The notes beneath the pieces were generated by a model. It was not told the origin of the DNA and did no database searches. It saw only the letters and a list, made by a program, of their open reading frames with translations. Shown piece after piece: positions 9,569-19,669 of a DNA stretch of 64,000 nt. This DNA comes from Candidatus Poribacteria bacterium (lineage in GTDB: Bacteria; Poribacteria; WGA-4E; GCA-2687025), in NCBI GenBank assembly GCA_016866785.1, contig VGLH01000001.1, positions 7,356 to 71,355 of the forward strand. Reading direction: 5' to 3'. Within the stretch, counting starts at the first letter, position 1; each line of letters starts with the position of its first letter. Both the position numbers and the translations under genes were made by a program.

Positions 9569-10463
9569 CGCGATCCGCTATCCGGCGGAACCCGCGCTGC
9601 TGGCGTACCTCGCTGTCGTGGCGGCGTCGGCATGGATCATCGACCCGCCGCGTGCGAGCTGGATCGTCCTGGGGCATGTGCTCGCCGCAGGATTCCTTGG
9701 TCTGCTCAGGCTGTCGGGACCCTCGCCGTCCGTGAAGTACCGTTGCGCGCGGGCGGTGTATCCGCTTGCCCTCTATCCTGTGCTGTACCGGATCACGCTC
9801 TATGTCAGCGCCTCAGTCGACCCGCGGGTCTTCGAGGAACCGATTCGGCGAATCGATGCCGCCCTGTTCGGCGCTGAACCCGCCGAGTTCCTCGCCAAAG
9901 CGTTCGCATCACCGGCGCTCAGTGAGGTCTTGCATCTGTGCTACCTGACGTTCTTCCCGCTGGTGGGCGCTCTCCCTCTGATGCTCGCCCTGGCAGGGAC
10001 TGAGAGAACCCTCGCTCGCGTCGTGGGGGCGTTCAGTCACTGCTTCTTCATCTGCCTCTTGCTGCGTCTGTGGTTCCCGGTTTCAGCGCCGATGTCGCTC
10101 GTGGGCGCAGACTCGACGCCGGACGACATTGGGACGATCGAGCGATTGGCGCACTCCGTCGCCGCGCGCGGGGGAGGCATGGAGGCGTCGTTCCCGAACA
10201 CTCACGCGGCGCTGGCGACACTGACCTGGTTGCTCGCCTACCGAGTCCGGCGGCGCTGGTTCTGGGTCTCAGCGCTTCCGACGCTGGGCATCGTGGCGGC
10301 GACGGTTTACGGCGGATTCCATTTCGCTTCCGGAACCGTTGTCGGAATCGCGCTGGCGGTACTGATCGACCGACTGCACCGCACCAAGCTACGAGCTGCG
10401 GTCGAGGCAGACCGTCACCCGAGCAGGCTTCGTCTCTTTGCCGGCGCTCCGTCGGTCATCTGA
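9565..10463 (+). CDS. PAP2-superfamily membrane phosphatase/phosphotransferase (Aur1/IPC-synthase-like)
   Basis: Multiple TM segments; FPVSAP, SFPNTH and ATVYGGFHF motifs; start approximate. Confidence 0.75.
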
Positions 10464-10476
10464 CGAAGGAGCGCGC

Positions 10477-11385
10477 GTGGCTGCACCTTCCGCGATCTTC
10501 CGATGCTTTCGGGCGCTGAGAACCGCAGTCGGAGGGCGTGCCGGGCGCGGGTACGCCCGACTTCCGGTCGTCGGCGCGGTCTACCGAGCGCTCTACGAAC
10601 GGCTCAAGCCCCGAGGAACGGTCGTCGTGCCGTTTCGAGGGTTCCACGTCCAGGTGGACGCGAGCGACCCCACACACGCCATGCTCCTGATGGGCATGGA
10701 CTTCAACGACCCGGAGATCGAACTGCTCGAACAACGGCTCAAGCCGGGCATGACGGTCGTCGATGTGGGAGCCAACGTGGGGTGTCTGTCGCTTGTCATG
10801 GCACGTCAGGTGGGTCGCACTGGCAAAGTGTTCGCCTTCGAACCGGGTCCCGACAACTACGCTCGGCTGGTCGCGAACGTGGCGCGAAACCATGTCGATG
10901 TGGTCGTTGCGGAAGGCAGCGCAGTCACGGATGAGGTGGGAGAAACGACGCTCTACCTCTCCGCCGAAGCGTGCGGTGACCACAGCATCAGACCGGGCGA
11001 AAGCCGACGCCGAAGCGTGATCGTCCCGACGACCAGCCTCGATGCCTACCTGGGCAGCGCGAGCGTTCGTCCGGACTTCGTGAAGATCGACGTACAGGGA
11101 GCCGAGGGCGCGGTCCTGAGGGGCATGCAGTCGGTTCTCAAAGCACGCCCCCTGCCTGACCTGCTGCTAGAGTTCGATCCAGCGGCTCTGTCGCTGTACG
11201 GCGACGATCCCGCAGCGGTGCTGTTGGACCTGACGACACGCGGCTACGTGCTGCACCACGTACTGCACGACCCGAAGCAGGCGAAGTCGCTCAGACGAGT
11301 CACCGCGCATCAGGCGCTCGAAGCCTGCCGCGCGGAGGGAAGGCACATCAACCTGTTCTGCACCGACGAGATGGCGCATTCATAG
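10477..11385 (+). CDS. FkbM-family methyltransferase
   Basis: VVDVGANVG, AFEP, KIDVQGAE; start approximate. Confidence 0.85.
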   Translation: MAAPSAIFRCFRALRTAVGGRAGRGYARLPVVGAVYRALYERLKPRGTVVVPFRGFHVQVDASDPTHAMLLMGMDFNDPEIELLEQRLKPGMTVVDVGANVGCLSLVMARQVGRTGKVFAFEPGPDNYARLVANVARNHVDVVVAEGSAVTDEVGETTLYLSAEACGDHSIRPGESRRRSVIVPTTSLDAYLGSASVRPDFVKIDVQGAEGAVLRGMQSVLKARPLPDLLLEFDPAALSLYGDDPAAVLLDLTTRGYVLHHVLHDPKQAKSLRRVTAHQALEACRAEGRHINLFCTDEMAHS

Positions 11386-11688
11386 ATCTCGAGTGAGGTG
11401 ACCCATTCGCTCGACTCCCATCAGCACGCTGGAGAGCTGGAAGTAGACGAGTTCGTGGTCGGCGCGAAGCGTGTGTTCGACGCCTCTTAGGCACGCCACC
11501 ATGTCGCCGGGCGACAGCCGCACCTCGCAGCGGCCGCCGTCAGGGAGGCGCAGCGTTACGGTGGGCTCCCCGGCGGTGAAAAGCCAGTACTCGTCGAAAT
11601 CGTGGAAGTGGAGCTCGACCTCGGCGTTCGCGGGAAGCCGGTACTCGTGGAGACTCGCCGGATCGATCGGGTTCAGGAGCGCCGACAT
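11380..11688 (-). CDS. Small cupin-domain protein
   Basis: HFHDFDEYW and GVEH cupin motifs. Confidence 0.65.
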   Translation of the reverse strand: MSALLNPIDPASLHEYRLPANAEVELHFHDFDEYWLFTAGEPTVTLRLPDGGRCEVRLSPGDMVACLRGVEHTLRADHELVYFQLSSVLMGVERMGHLTRDL

Positions 11689-11813
11689 GGGCTCGCGGAT
11701 GCGTTCGCCGCGACTCAGTCGGACAATGCACAGGGATGGGTCTTTCAGGTTCGACGCAGGCTGCACGTGGGTAGTCCTTTAGCGATGGCGCACGTCACAG
11801 GAGATGGAGGCGA

Positions 11814-12923
11814 ATGGCGTTGGCTTCTGAGCTTTGGGACATCGACGCGTTGCGAAGCGTACCTGCCGCCGGATGGGGCGACGAGCAAGACGGCGTGCGA
11901 CCCGTCTACTACGCCAACGAACCGTACCGAGGCAAGCCCACGCGCGTGTTCGCCTATGTCGGGTTGCCGGCTAAGACGCCCGCGCCGGGCATGGTGCTCA
12001 TCCACGGCGGCGGAGGGCGAGCCTTCGCCGAATGGGTGCTCCTCTGGACGGCGCGAGGCTACGCGGCGATTTCGATGGACCTGAGCGGTCGGAGCGTCGA
12101 TGCGGCGCGGATGGAGGACGGCGGCCCCGAACAAGGCGACCGTGAGAAGTTCCTCGACATGGACCTCGGGCTCCGCAACATGTGGACGTACCACGCGGCA
12201 GCCGCTGCGATCCGAGGCGGTTCGCTGCTGTCGAGTCTGCCGGAAGTCGACGCGTCTCGTATCGGGGTGACCGGAATCTCGTGGGGCGGGTACCTGACAT
12301 GCGTCGTCGCCGGTCTCGACAGCCGATTCCGCTTCGCCGTCCCTGTTTACGGGTGCGGCTTCATCCACCAGAATAGCTGTTGGCTTCCGACGTTCGCGCA
12401 GATGACGCCAGACCATCGGGTGGAGTGGGTGCGGCACTTCGAGCCCTCGGTACATCTGACGCAGGCGAAGATGTCGATGCTTTGGGTCAACGGGACGAAC
12501 GACTTCGCCTATCCGATGGACAGTTTCCAGCGGAGCTACCGAGCCGCTCCGGGTGCACGGACGCTGTGCATCAAGGTTCGCATGCCGCACGGGCACGAAC
12601 CCGGATGGGCTCCCACCGAGATCGGGCTCTACGCAGACTCGATCCTGACCGGCGGGGAGCCGTTCCCGACAATGGGCAAGACACGCATCGACGGGCGAGT
12701 CGTGTCGGCGGACGTCTCATCGCGACGACCTCTGGTCGATGTCGCGATGCACTACACGACCGACCGCGAGGCGTGGCAGGAACGCATGTGGTACTCCGTG
12801 CCGGCCCGGCGAGACGGAAGCCGCGTGGTGGCGGAGCTTCCGGTGCGACGACCTTCCGCCGCCTACCTGACCGTTACCGACGACCGTGACGTGACCGTCA
12901 GTTCGGAACACGTCGTCATGTAG
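11814..12923 (+). CDS. Alpha/beta hydrolase (acetylxylan-esterase-like)
   Basis: HGGGG, GISWGG nucleophile elbow, GTND, HGH. Confidence 0.8.
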   Translation: MALASELWDIDALRSVPAAGWGDEQDGVRPVYYANEPYRGKPTRVFAYVGLPAKTPAPGMVLIHGGGGRAFAEWVLLWTARGYAAISMDLSGRSVDAARMEDGGPEQGDREKFLDMDLGLRNMWTYHAAAAAIRGGSLLSSLPEVDASRIGVTGISWGGYLTCVVAGLDSRFRFAVPVYGCGFIHQNSCWLPTFAQMTPDHRVEWVRHFEPSVHLTQAKMSMLWVNGTNDFAYPMDSFQRSYRAAPGARTLCIKVRMPHGHEPGWAPTEIGLYADSILTGGEPFPTMGKTRIDGRVVSADVSSRRPLVDVAMHYTTDREAWQERMWYSVPARRDGSRVVAELPVRRPSAAYLTVTDDRDVTVSSEHVVM

Positions 12924-12933
12924 GCTGCGTCTT

Positions 12934-13917
12934 TCAGGCGCTGCGCACCGCTCGTTGTGCCGCGATCAGCCGGTCTTCCCAGTCCTGAGCGTCGGAGTTG
13001 GGCACGCGGTTCTCCCGATCCATCGTTTCGATGACCTGCGCCATTCCGGCTTCGAGCGAGACCGCGGGCTGGTACTCCGGCACGTCGCGGAACAGCTTCT
13101 CCGCCGAATAGATCGTGTTGTAGGAGAAGATGTCTCGGCAGATGCCGACGTTCGGGACATCTCGCGCGACCAGATCCGCCAGCGGGACGCCGACCAGCTC
13201 GACCTCTCTGCCGAGAACCCGCATCGCGGTTCGGTGATGGTCCTCCCACGTCGTGTGCCCCCGGCGCACGAGGTTGTACGTCTGCCCGATGCAGCGTTCT
13301 CTCCCCAACATGTGGGCGAATCCGAGCGCCGCGTCGTCGACGTGCAGAAACTGGTGCAGAGCGCGGCCGTCTCCGCAGACGGCGATCGGCTTTCCTTTGC
13401 GGACGCGGTCGATCCAGGCGAACTCCCAGGCGATCTGGCGCAGCATACCCATCTTGGGCCCGTACGTCGTCGAGGGCTTGATGATCGTCGCGGGAAAGCG
13501 GTTCGTGTGATAGGCGGAGAGGAACACGTCGTCGGCAGCGATCTTGTTCTTGCCGTAGTCGGTGATGGGCCGCAGCGGATGGTCTTCAGGAGCTGGCAGC
13601 CAGTCGTAGGAGACGCCGTAGGTCGCCACCGTGGAACACTGCACGAAGTGACCCACGCACTGGAACGCGCGGACACTACTTGCCGCCTGCTTGGCGTTGA
13701 AGCAGATCATGTCGATGGCGGCGTCGAATCCCTCTGCCTGCATACGCCGTTCGTACTGTGCCTCATCCGCGCGGTCGCCCTGGATGACTCGGACGCCTTC
13801 GGGAACCGATCCGCTCCTTCCGCGATTGAAGCAGGTCACCGAATGCCCCAGCTCGACCAGAAGCCGCACGATGCTGGTGCTGATGTTGCCGGTGCCGCCA
13901 ACGATACAGACGCGCAT
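12934..13917 (-). CDS. NAD-dependent epimerase/dehydratase (extended SDR)
   Basis: GGTGNIS, YGKNK (YxxxK). Confidence 0.88.
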   Translation of the reverse strand: MRVCIVGGTGNISTSIVRLLVELGHSVTCFNRGRSGSVPEGVRVIQGDRADEAQYERRMQAEGFDAAIDMICFNAKQAASSVRAFQCVGHFVQCSTVATYGVSYDWLPAPEDHPLRPITDYGKNKIAADDVFLSAYHTNRFPATIIKPSTTYGPKMGMLRQIAWEFAWIDRVRKGKPIAVCGDGRALHQFLHVDDAALGFAHMLGRERCIGQTYNLVRRGHTTWEDHHRTAMRVLGREVELVGVPLADLVARDVPNVGICRDIFSYNTIYSAEKLFRDVPEYQPAVSLEAGMAQVIETMDRENRVPNSDAQDWEDRLIAAQRAVRSA

Positions 13918-13998
13918 CGTGCGCTCCTCTCCGCCATGGCTGAACGCTCTCGATCCGAGCTTCTCGTCGCGTGCGAGGACGTCCCGCTTCGGACCGGG

Positions 13999-15177
13999 CT
14001 ACTCGACTGAAATCGCGCGGTCATCCGCCTCGTTCTCGATGGACTGACCATCGAGCGCATTGCCTGACACAACGATCCTGGACGCCTTGGGCCCGACGGA
14101 TACGGCGGTCCGCTGTATGTCCGAGCCCGCGAACCGGTTCCGCTCGATGAGGATGTCGTGCGTCTCGCCATCGATACGGAACCCATACATGCCGTTCGAC
14201 GCGATCTCGTTGTCGGCGAACCGGTTCCGATGCCCCGCCATCGGCTCGGACTCATCGCGGAAGTGGATGCCAGCAATGCCGTTCCCCACGATCCGGTTCC
14301 CGACAAACGTGTTGTCGGTGTCCTTATGTCCGATCGAGAACCCGTAGCGCTTGTTGTCCTCGACTTCGTTCGCCTCGAAGACCCCATGCCGCACACGCCA
14401 ACAGAGGAAGATGCCCATGTCGTCGTTCCGACGAGAACGATTCCCGACCAGCGTCGGTCGCTGCGATCCACTGCCGGGATGCAGTCCCAGGTGGCTGCAT
14501 TCCTCGACGAGGCAGTCCCGGACGACCACATCGTTGCTCTGCTGGAAGCTGATCCCGTCCCCGTGGTAGCGCGACACACGGCAGCGCTCGATCCGCGTTC
14601 CGTGGCTCCGATAGAGGAAGATGCCCGCGCCACGGCAGCCGTTGAGGTACGGGCTCCGGTCGCGGCTGCCATCGATCGTCAGGTTCTCGATCCGAGCGCT
14701 CTCGACGTAATAGCCGCTGACGACCGGAAACGCGATGGCGGCACGGGCATTGCCGCTCACCATGCAGTCCGCCTGCAGCGGCGTCGAGATGCCGAACGAG
14801 TCGCCATCCTGCCAAATCAACGTGCCGACGGTCGTGTGGAATCCGCCGGATCGGTCATCGCGAACCGAGACGCCCATTCCGACGCGGAACGGCGTAGGAT
14901 CGACCACGGTGATCTGCTCCTCGCCGTAGTCACCGTCGAGCCGCAGCGGAACCTCGACGCCGTCGCACCTCCGAAGCAGCGTAGATTCACCCGCGCCCCG
15001 CACGGCGACGTGGGAACGCAGGTGCAGCGAGTCGTACATGGCGTACTCGCCCTCGAGCACTTCGACGGTTCCGCCACCGAGTCCGGCGACGTAATCGACA
15101 GCGGCCTGAAGCGCGCGATGGTCAACGCCGTTGATATCCGCCCCGATGTGCCCAACGCGGACGACGATGCCCTTCAT
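13999..15177 (-). CDS. Right-handed parallel beta-helix protein (pectin-lyase-like fold)
   Basis: ALQAAVD...GGGTV N-terminus followed by repeated N-x-x-x-G-I beta-helix turns. Confidence 0.8.
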   Translation of the reverse strand: MKGIVVRVGHIGADINGVDHRALQAAVDYVAGLGGGTVEVLEGEYAMYDSLHLRSHVAVRGAGESTLLRRCDGVEVPLRLDGDYGEEQITVVDPTPFRVGMGVSVRDDRSGGFHTTVGTLIWQDGDSFGISTPLQADCMVSGNARAAIAFPVVSGYYVESARIENLTIDGSRDRSPYLNGCRGAGIFLYRSHGTRIERCRVSRYHGDGISFQQSNDVVVRDCLVEECSHLGLHPGSGSQRPTLVGNRSRRNDDMGIFLCWRVRHGVFEANEVEDNKRYGFSIGHKDTDNTFVGNRIVGNGIAGIHFRDESEPMAGHRNRFADNEIASNGMYGFRIDGETHDILIERNRFAGSDIQRTAVSVGPKASRIVVSGNALDGQSIENEADDRAISVE

Positions 15178-15274
15178 TGGACGACCTCCCGACTGCGACC
15201 GTTCCCGGTGTCAACGACACGTGCCCCGCAGGCGTTGTCTGAAACGTGCCATACGACCCAACGGAGAACGCATC

Positions 15275-15886
15275 ATGCGAATGTGCAAGCGGTATTTGCT
15301 GGCAGTGACGCTTGCCACGATATCTCTGCCAGCCGTCGCGTATCAGGCGAGTCTGGCGGTGTCGCCCACGGTCGTCACGACGGCAACCGATGCCGTCGTG
15401 AAGGTCGAGCTCACGAACGACAACTTGAACCCGTGCGACTTCGAGGTACGCCTGATCGCCGACTACGCAAACATCACCTACTTCGTTCGCAAGGATGTCG
15501 GGAACAAGATCGTCCTCGGCGGGGCTCTCTGGCCCCACCTCGTGCCGCCGATGGTTCCGTGCGTCGTGCCGTGCATCGCGCTGGCAGCGCCGCCCTATGC
15601 CGTTCTCGCCGAAGTACCGCTGGGCAGGCTGCGGGCTGGCGAGTACGAGATCGAGCTGACGCTGCCGGGGCTCTGCGACCTGCCGACGCCGTGCAAGGAT
15701 GTGCCGATTGTCCGATGCGACTTCGCGCAGCCGCTTCGCGCGAGATTCACCGTTCACGGACCGGCGAGTGTCGATCGGCGCGACAAGGTCTCGACGACGT
15801 GGGCCCGGATGAAGACGGCGCGGCTCTTTGGGTCGTTCGCCTCCGAACGCGCGCCTGCCGTCGTGAACGCCTCGAGAACCCGCTAG
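15275..15886 (+). CDS. Hypothetical secreted Cys/Pro-rich protein with C-terminal VDRRDKVSTTWARMK motif
   Basis: GGAG RBS, signal-peptide-like N-terminus (MRMCKRYLLAVTLATISLPAVA), motif shared with 33368..34144. Confidence 0.65.
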   Translation: MRMCKRYLLAVTLATISLPAVAYQASLAVSPTVVTTATDAVVKVELTNDNLNPCDFEVRLIADYANITYFVRKDVGNKIVLGGALWPHLVPPMVPCVVPCIALAAPPYAVLAEVPLGRLRAGEYEIELTLPGLCDLPTPCKDVPIVRCDFAQPLRARFTVHGPASVDRRDKVSTTWARMKTARLFGSFASERAPAVVNASRTR

Positions 15887-16971
15887 GCATAGTAGAGCGG
15901 CGGAACCTCGAAGCGCGTCGTCGTGTTCATCGAGTGACCCGACTGAGCCGATTCGAGCGCCAGCAGGCAGACCTCCAGGACGTGCAGAGCCTGTTTGCCC
16001 GTTGCGTGCTGGGGCGAGCCGGTTCGCAGCGAGTCCGCCATGTCGAACATGGCGCGACCCCATTCCACTCCTGGGAAGGGCTCCGCGACGTACTCCAGGG
16101 GCTCCCACTTGCCGGCGCGCTGGATCTCGCACGCGCACTGGAAGTCGTGGTTGGAACCGACGAAGATCGCTCCGGTCTCACCGTGCACCTCGGTTCCCGA
16201 CGCCTGCTTGGAGCCGCCGACAATGAAGCTCGACGTGAGCCGACCCACGGTTCCGTTCTCGAACTCGAGCCCAACCACGACGATGTCGGGCGTCTCGACG
16301 GTGAACTGGGAGCCCTTCTGCGGGCCCGCGTTGAGGGTGCGAAACGGCTGCTGGACGGTCCCGAAGCCCGTCACCCGCCGCACCGGACCAAAGGCGCTCG
16401 TGATCAGCGTCAGCGCGTAGACGCCGACATCGAGGAGCGGTCCCACGCCCTTGCGGTAGAACGCCGCCGCGTTCCCGTGCCAGGACTCGATCCTGCCCCA
16501 GTTCATTTCGGAGTAGACGACCAGTGGCTTGCCGATTACGCCCTCGCGGATGGCGCGGATTATCGTCTGTTGCGCTTCGCCCATGAAGGTGAACGGCGAT
16601 GCGCTCAGCCGCAGACCCCGCTCTTCGGCGAGCCGCACGTTGGCTCGACCGGATTCCAGGTCGGTCGCCAGCGGCTTCTCGACGTGCACATGCCTGCCGG
16701 CGCGCAGGGCGGCATCGGTGACCTCGGCGTGGGCGTGGTGGATCGTGAGATTGACGACCGCTTCGATGGCGGGCTCCGCCAGCAGGTCGCCCAGGGACGC
16801 GTACGCCTTGCCTCCGTGCGCCTGCGTCCAAGCCTGGGCGCGGTCGGTGTCCACGTCGTAGGCTCCGACGATCTCGACCTTCTCGGGTTTGGTCCGCATG
16901 CTGTTGCCGTACGGTCCCGAAATCCCGCCGCATCCGACGACGGCGACACGCAACGGTTCGTAGGTTGCCAT
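15883..16971 (-). CDS. Gfo/Idh/MocA family oxidoreductase
   Basis: VGCGGIS, HVHVEKPLA, GPLLDVGVY. Confidence 0.92.
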   Translation of the reverse strand: MATYEPLRVAVVGCGGISGPYGNSMRTKPEKVEIVGAYDVDTDRAQAWTQAHGGKAYASLGDLLAEPAIEAVVNLTIHHAHAEVTDAALRAGRHVHVEKPLATDLESGRANVRLAEERGLRLSASPFTFMGEAQQTIIRAIREGVIGKPLVVYSEMNWGRIESWHGNAAAFYRKGVGPLLDVGVYALTLITSAFGPVRRVTGFGTVQQPFRTLNAGPQKGSQFTVETPDIVVVGLEFENGTVGRLTSSFIVGGSKQASGTEVHGETGAIFVGSNHDFQCACEIQRAGKWEPLEYVAEPFPGVEWGRAMFDMADSLRTGSPQHATGKQALHVLEVCLLALESAQSGHSMNTTTRFEVPPLYYA

Positions 16972-17021
16972 GGTCTTCTCCCGGTTCGGCAGCTCAGAGC
17001 CGCGCAGCAGGCTTGCGGTTC

Positions 17022-18131
17022 CTAGACGCTCTTCCCGATCTTCGCGTGCGCGTGCTTCGCTCCCAGTTTCTCAACGCGCTTCAGCAACGCTTCCACCTCG
17101 TCCTCGGACATGCCCCATCCGCCGCCTGTGAAGAGCAAGCCGTTCGGCGGCAGTACTTCGAGGATCTGCTCGATCTCCCGAACGTCGCCGATGATGACCT
17201 GGGCGCACTTGCCCGCCTGCTGGATGCGGCGATAGACGTCGATCCATCGCGTGCAGGGCTCGTTCCCGCTGCCGAACACCCACTGGACCCCGTTGAGCTC
17301 CGGGATCGACAACAGCGTGTCCAGATGGACGAGCGCGGTTGGACCATCGAGATGGAAGCAGGATCGGTCGAGGAACCGCGTCTCGTCGACGATGACGGGC
17401 AGGAAGAAGTCGTTGAACATGTCCGGGCTGATCAGACCCGCGAAGTCCATGTTCGTCCCGTAGCATCGTCCGTCGTGGTAGACCGACATCCAGGTCGTCG
17501 ATCCGAGCCCTGCGTCGCGGATCGGGAGCCACAGGTCGTCGTAGACCGGCGCGTACAGTTCGCCTGCCTTGCGGATCGCCTCGCGAACCTCGTCGGGTCG
17601 ATCCTTCAGGTCGACGCAAAGCTCCTCTCGACCTCTCATGGCGGACAGCAAGTCGCCGTTCATGTGCAGGTCGGTGAGCGCCGTGATATACTTCCCTCGA
17701 CCCATTTCGATGGACAGCTCCGTCATGTCGCGCAACGTCTGCCAGTAGATGCTCGTGAACTGGGGCGTCCAGTCGACGTCCTTCCAGTCCTTGACGAAGG
17801 GAACCGCCCAAGACGTACCTGGCGAGAAGACGAGCTCGGCGCCTACCAGCGTCGCGCACTGGTCGGGCCCCAGGTTCGGCAAGTACGCCGGGAACGACTC
17901 GCCGAGGTACTTCCGGTGAGCCATGGAGGCGGCATGCGCCTCGACCTGGAACTCGCTATCCATCCAGCGCTCGCGGAGCGTCTCGTGGCGCTTGGACGGT
18001 ATCGTCGGCAGGTTGCCTTCCTTGCGCGGGATCGTTATCTGGACGCATGCGCGGTCGATGACCTCGCAGTGCCACCACGCCTCCATGCGCTCCATCGCCC
18101 GGTCGAAATCCGGCTTGTATTCGAGCTCCAT
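17022..18131 (-). CDS. Uroporphyrinogen-decarboxylase-fold (MtaA/CmuA-like) protein
   Basis: ISPDMFNDFFLP, FHLDGP and LNGVQWVFG motifs typical of UroD/MetE-like homologues. Confidence 0.65.
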   Translation of the reverse strand: MELEYKPDFDRAMERMEAWWHCEVIDRACVQITIPRKEGNLPTIPSKRHETLRERWMDSEFQVEAHAASMAHRKYLGESFPAYLPNLGPDQCATLVGAELVFSPGTSWAVPFVKDWKDVDWTPQFTSIYWQTLRDMTELSIEMGRGKYITALTDLHMNGDLLSAMRGREELCVDLKDRPDEVREAIRKAGELYAPVYDDLWLPIRDAGLGSTTWMSVYHDGRCYGTNMDFAGLISPDMFNDFFLPVIVDETRFLDRSCFHLDGPTALVHLDTLLSIPELNGVQWVFGSGNEPCTRWIDVYRRIQQAGKCAQVIIGDVREIEQILEVLPPNGLLFTGGGWGMSEDEVEALLKRVEKLGAKHAHAKIGKSV

Positions 18132-18231
18132 GCGCGTCCTCCGTGGTCCACACCCCGACGCCGTTCACCGCCGTACAGGATAGCCAACGCTCGCAAGACC
18201 TGACGTCGCGGCGCGGGAGCTGCACCGTCGA

Positions 18232-19542
18232 TCAGTCCTCGAACGCGGGCGCATCGAACAGGCTGAACCGACTGACAAGCGGCGTGTCGCGCGATGCCAC
18301 GATGGTCAGACGGACGCGATTCGTCCGTACCGCCGGGAAACGGTCGAGCTTCTTGTGCCCCATCGTCGTACCGGAGACGATCCGTTGCCACGCCCCTGCT
18401 ACCCATGCGTCGATCCGGTACTCCTCGACGTGCTGACCTTCCGCGATGCGCTCCTGCGTCATCGCCGTGTTGACGCTCACCGGTTCAGCCAACCGGAGCT
18501 CGATCCAGGGCTCCTCGGTTCCGGGTGTGGGCTGCCAGTAGGTTTCGGGGTGGTTGTCAACGGCACAGGCGGCGGGGCTTCCCGCCGTCGCGCTTCTGGC
18601 TCCCGCACGCGCTCCGAGCGCGACATCGCGGCGGAACGAACGGTCGATGGCATCGCGGAACTCGCCCAGTCGGGCGACATCCGGGTCGGCGAAGAGACCG
18701 CGGTCGTTCGGCGGGACGTTCAGCAGCAGGACGCTGTTCCGACCGACGGAGCGGTAGTAGATGTCCATGAGGTGCGGCAGCGTCTTGACGCGCGCGTCCT
18801 CATGGGCATGCCAGAACCATCCCGGGCGGATGGAGACATCGCATTCTGCCGGATACCAGACCTTGCCGCCCACACCGTGGATCGCCGGGTTGGCGTCCTG
18901 CACGCTCCATTCGGTCTCGCGGGCGTACCCGTCTTCGTTGCCGACCCACCGAACGTCGGGACCGCAGATGGCGATGACCGCGTCGGGTTGGTGCTCGCGG
19001 ATGACGGCGTAGTAGCTCTGCCAGTCGTACTCCTGACGCTTGCCATTGGGACCTTCGCCGCACGCGCCGTCGAACCAAGCCTCGCCGATGGGTCCGTAGC
19101 GCGTCATCAGCTCGGTGAGCTGTCGGCAGAAATACTCGTTGTATGCCGGAGAGTCGCCGTAAGTGGGCGCGTTGCGGTCCCAGGGCGACAGATAGATGCC
19201 CAGCTTCATGCCGGCGTCGGCGCACGCCTGGGCGAGCTCGCCCACGACATCGCCCTTACCGCCGCGCCACGGAGAGCTCTTGACCGAGTGGTTCGTCCAG
19301 TCGCTGCGCCACAGGCAGAACCCGTCGTGGTGCTTCGCCGTCAGGATCATGTAGCGGAAGCCGGCGTCCTTCGCCGTCTGCACCCACTGTCGAGCGTCCA
19401 GGTCTGATGGGTTGAACGCGGCGGGGTCTTCGGTTCCCTCTCCCCATTCGCGGTTCGTGAAGGTGTTCACGCCGAAGTGCAGGAACATGGTCAACTCGGA
19501 CTGCTGCCACTCGAGCTGCGACCGCGTCGGCTTCGGGTCCAT
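18232..19542 (-). CDS. Alpha-L-fucosidase (GH29) with C-terminal F5/8 (CBM32-like) domain
   Basis: MFLHFGVNTF, LTAKHHDGFCLW, YLSPWDRN, WFDGA, PAECDVSIRPGWF, SVGRNSVLLLNVPP. Confidence 0.95.
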   Translation of the reverse strand: MDPKPTRSQLEWQQSELTMFLHFGVNTFTNREWGEGTEDPAAFNPSDLDARQWVQTAKDAGFRYMILTAKHHDGFCLWRSDWTNHSVKSSPWRGGKGDVVGELAQACADAGMKLGIYLSPWDRNAPTYGDSPAYNEYFCRQLTELMTRYGPIGEAWFDGACGEGPNGKRQEYDWQSYYAVIREHQPDAVIAICGPDVRWVGNEDGYARETEWSVQDANPAIHGVGGKVWYPAECDVSIRPGWFWHAHEDARVKTLPHLMDIYYRSVGRNSVLLLNVPPNDRGLFADPDVARLGEFRDAIDRSFRRDVALGARAGARSATAGSPAACAVDNHPETYWQPTPGTEEPWIELRLAEPVSVNTAMTQERIAEGQHVEEYRIDAWVAGAWQRIVSGTTMGHKKLDRFPAVRTNRVRLTIVASRDTPLVSRFSLFDAPAFED

Positions 19543-19590
19543 GCGGGTACCTTCCGGGCTGGTTGCGCACCGGTGATGCCGAGAGCGCCG

Positions 19591-19619
19591 ATTATACCGG
19601 CGCTGTGACAGACCGGCAA
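19591..19619 (-). promoter_or_regulatory. Sigma-70-type promoter for the fucosidase operon
   Basis: Minus strand TTGCCG-N17-TATAAT about 50 nt upstream of the ATG. Confidence 0.6.
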
Positions 19620-19669
19620 CTCTGCGTGGATCGTCCGACGTGGTCTGGATCACCGGGCGCTGAGGAACG

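Noticed and set aside
14158..17025. Long alternative-frame or antisense ORFs (e.g. 955 aa here; also 2536..4809, 4065..5900, 31471..32781, 51678..53306)
   Set aside because: Shadow ORFs of well-supported genes, expected in high-GC DNA; low-complexity translations without motifs
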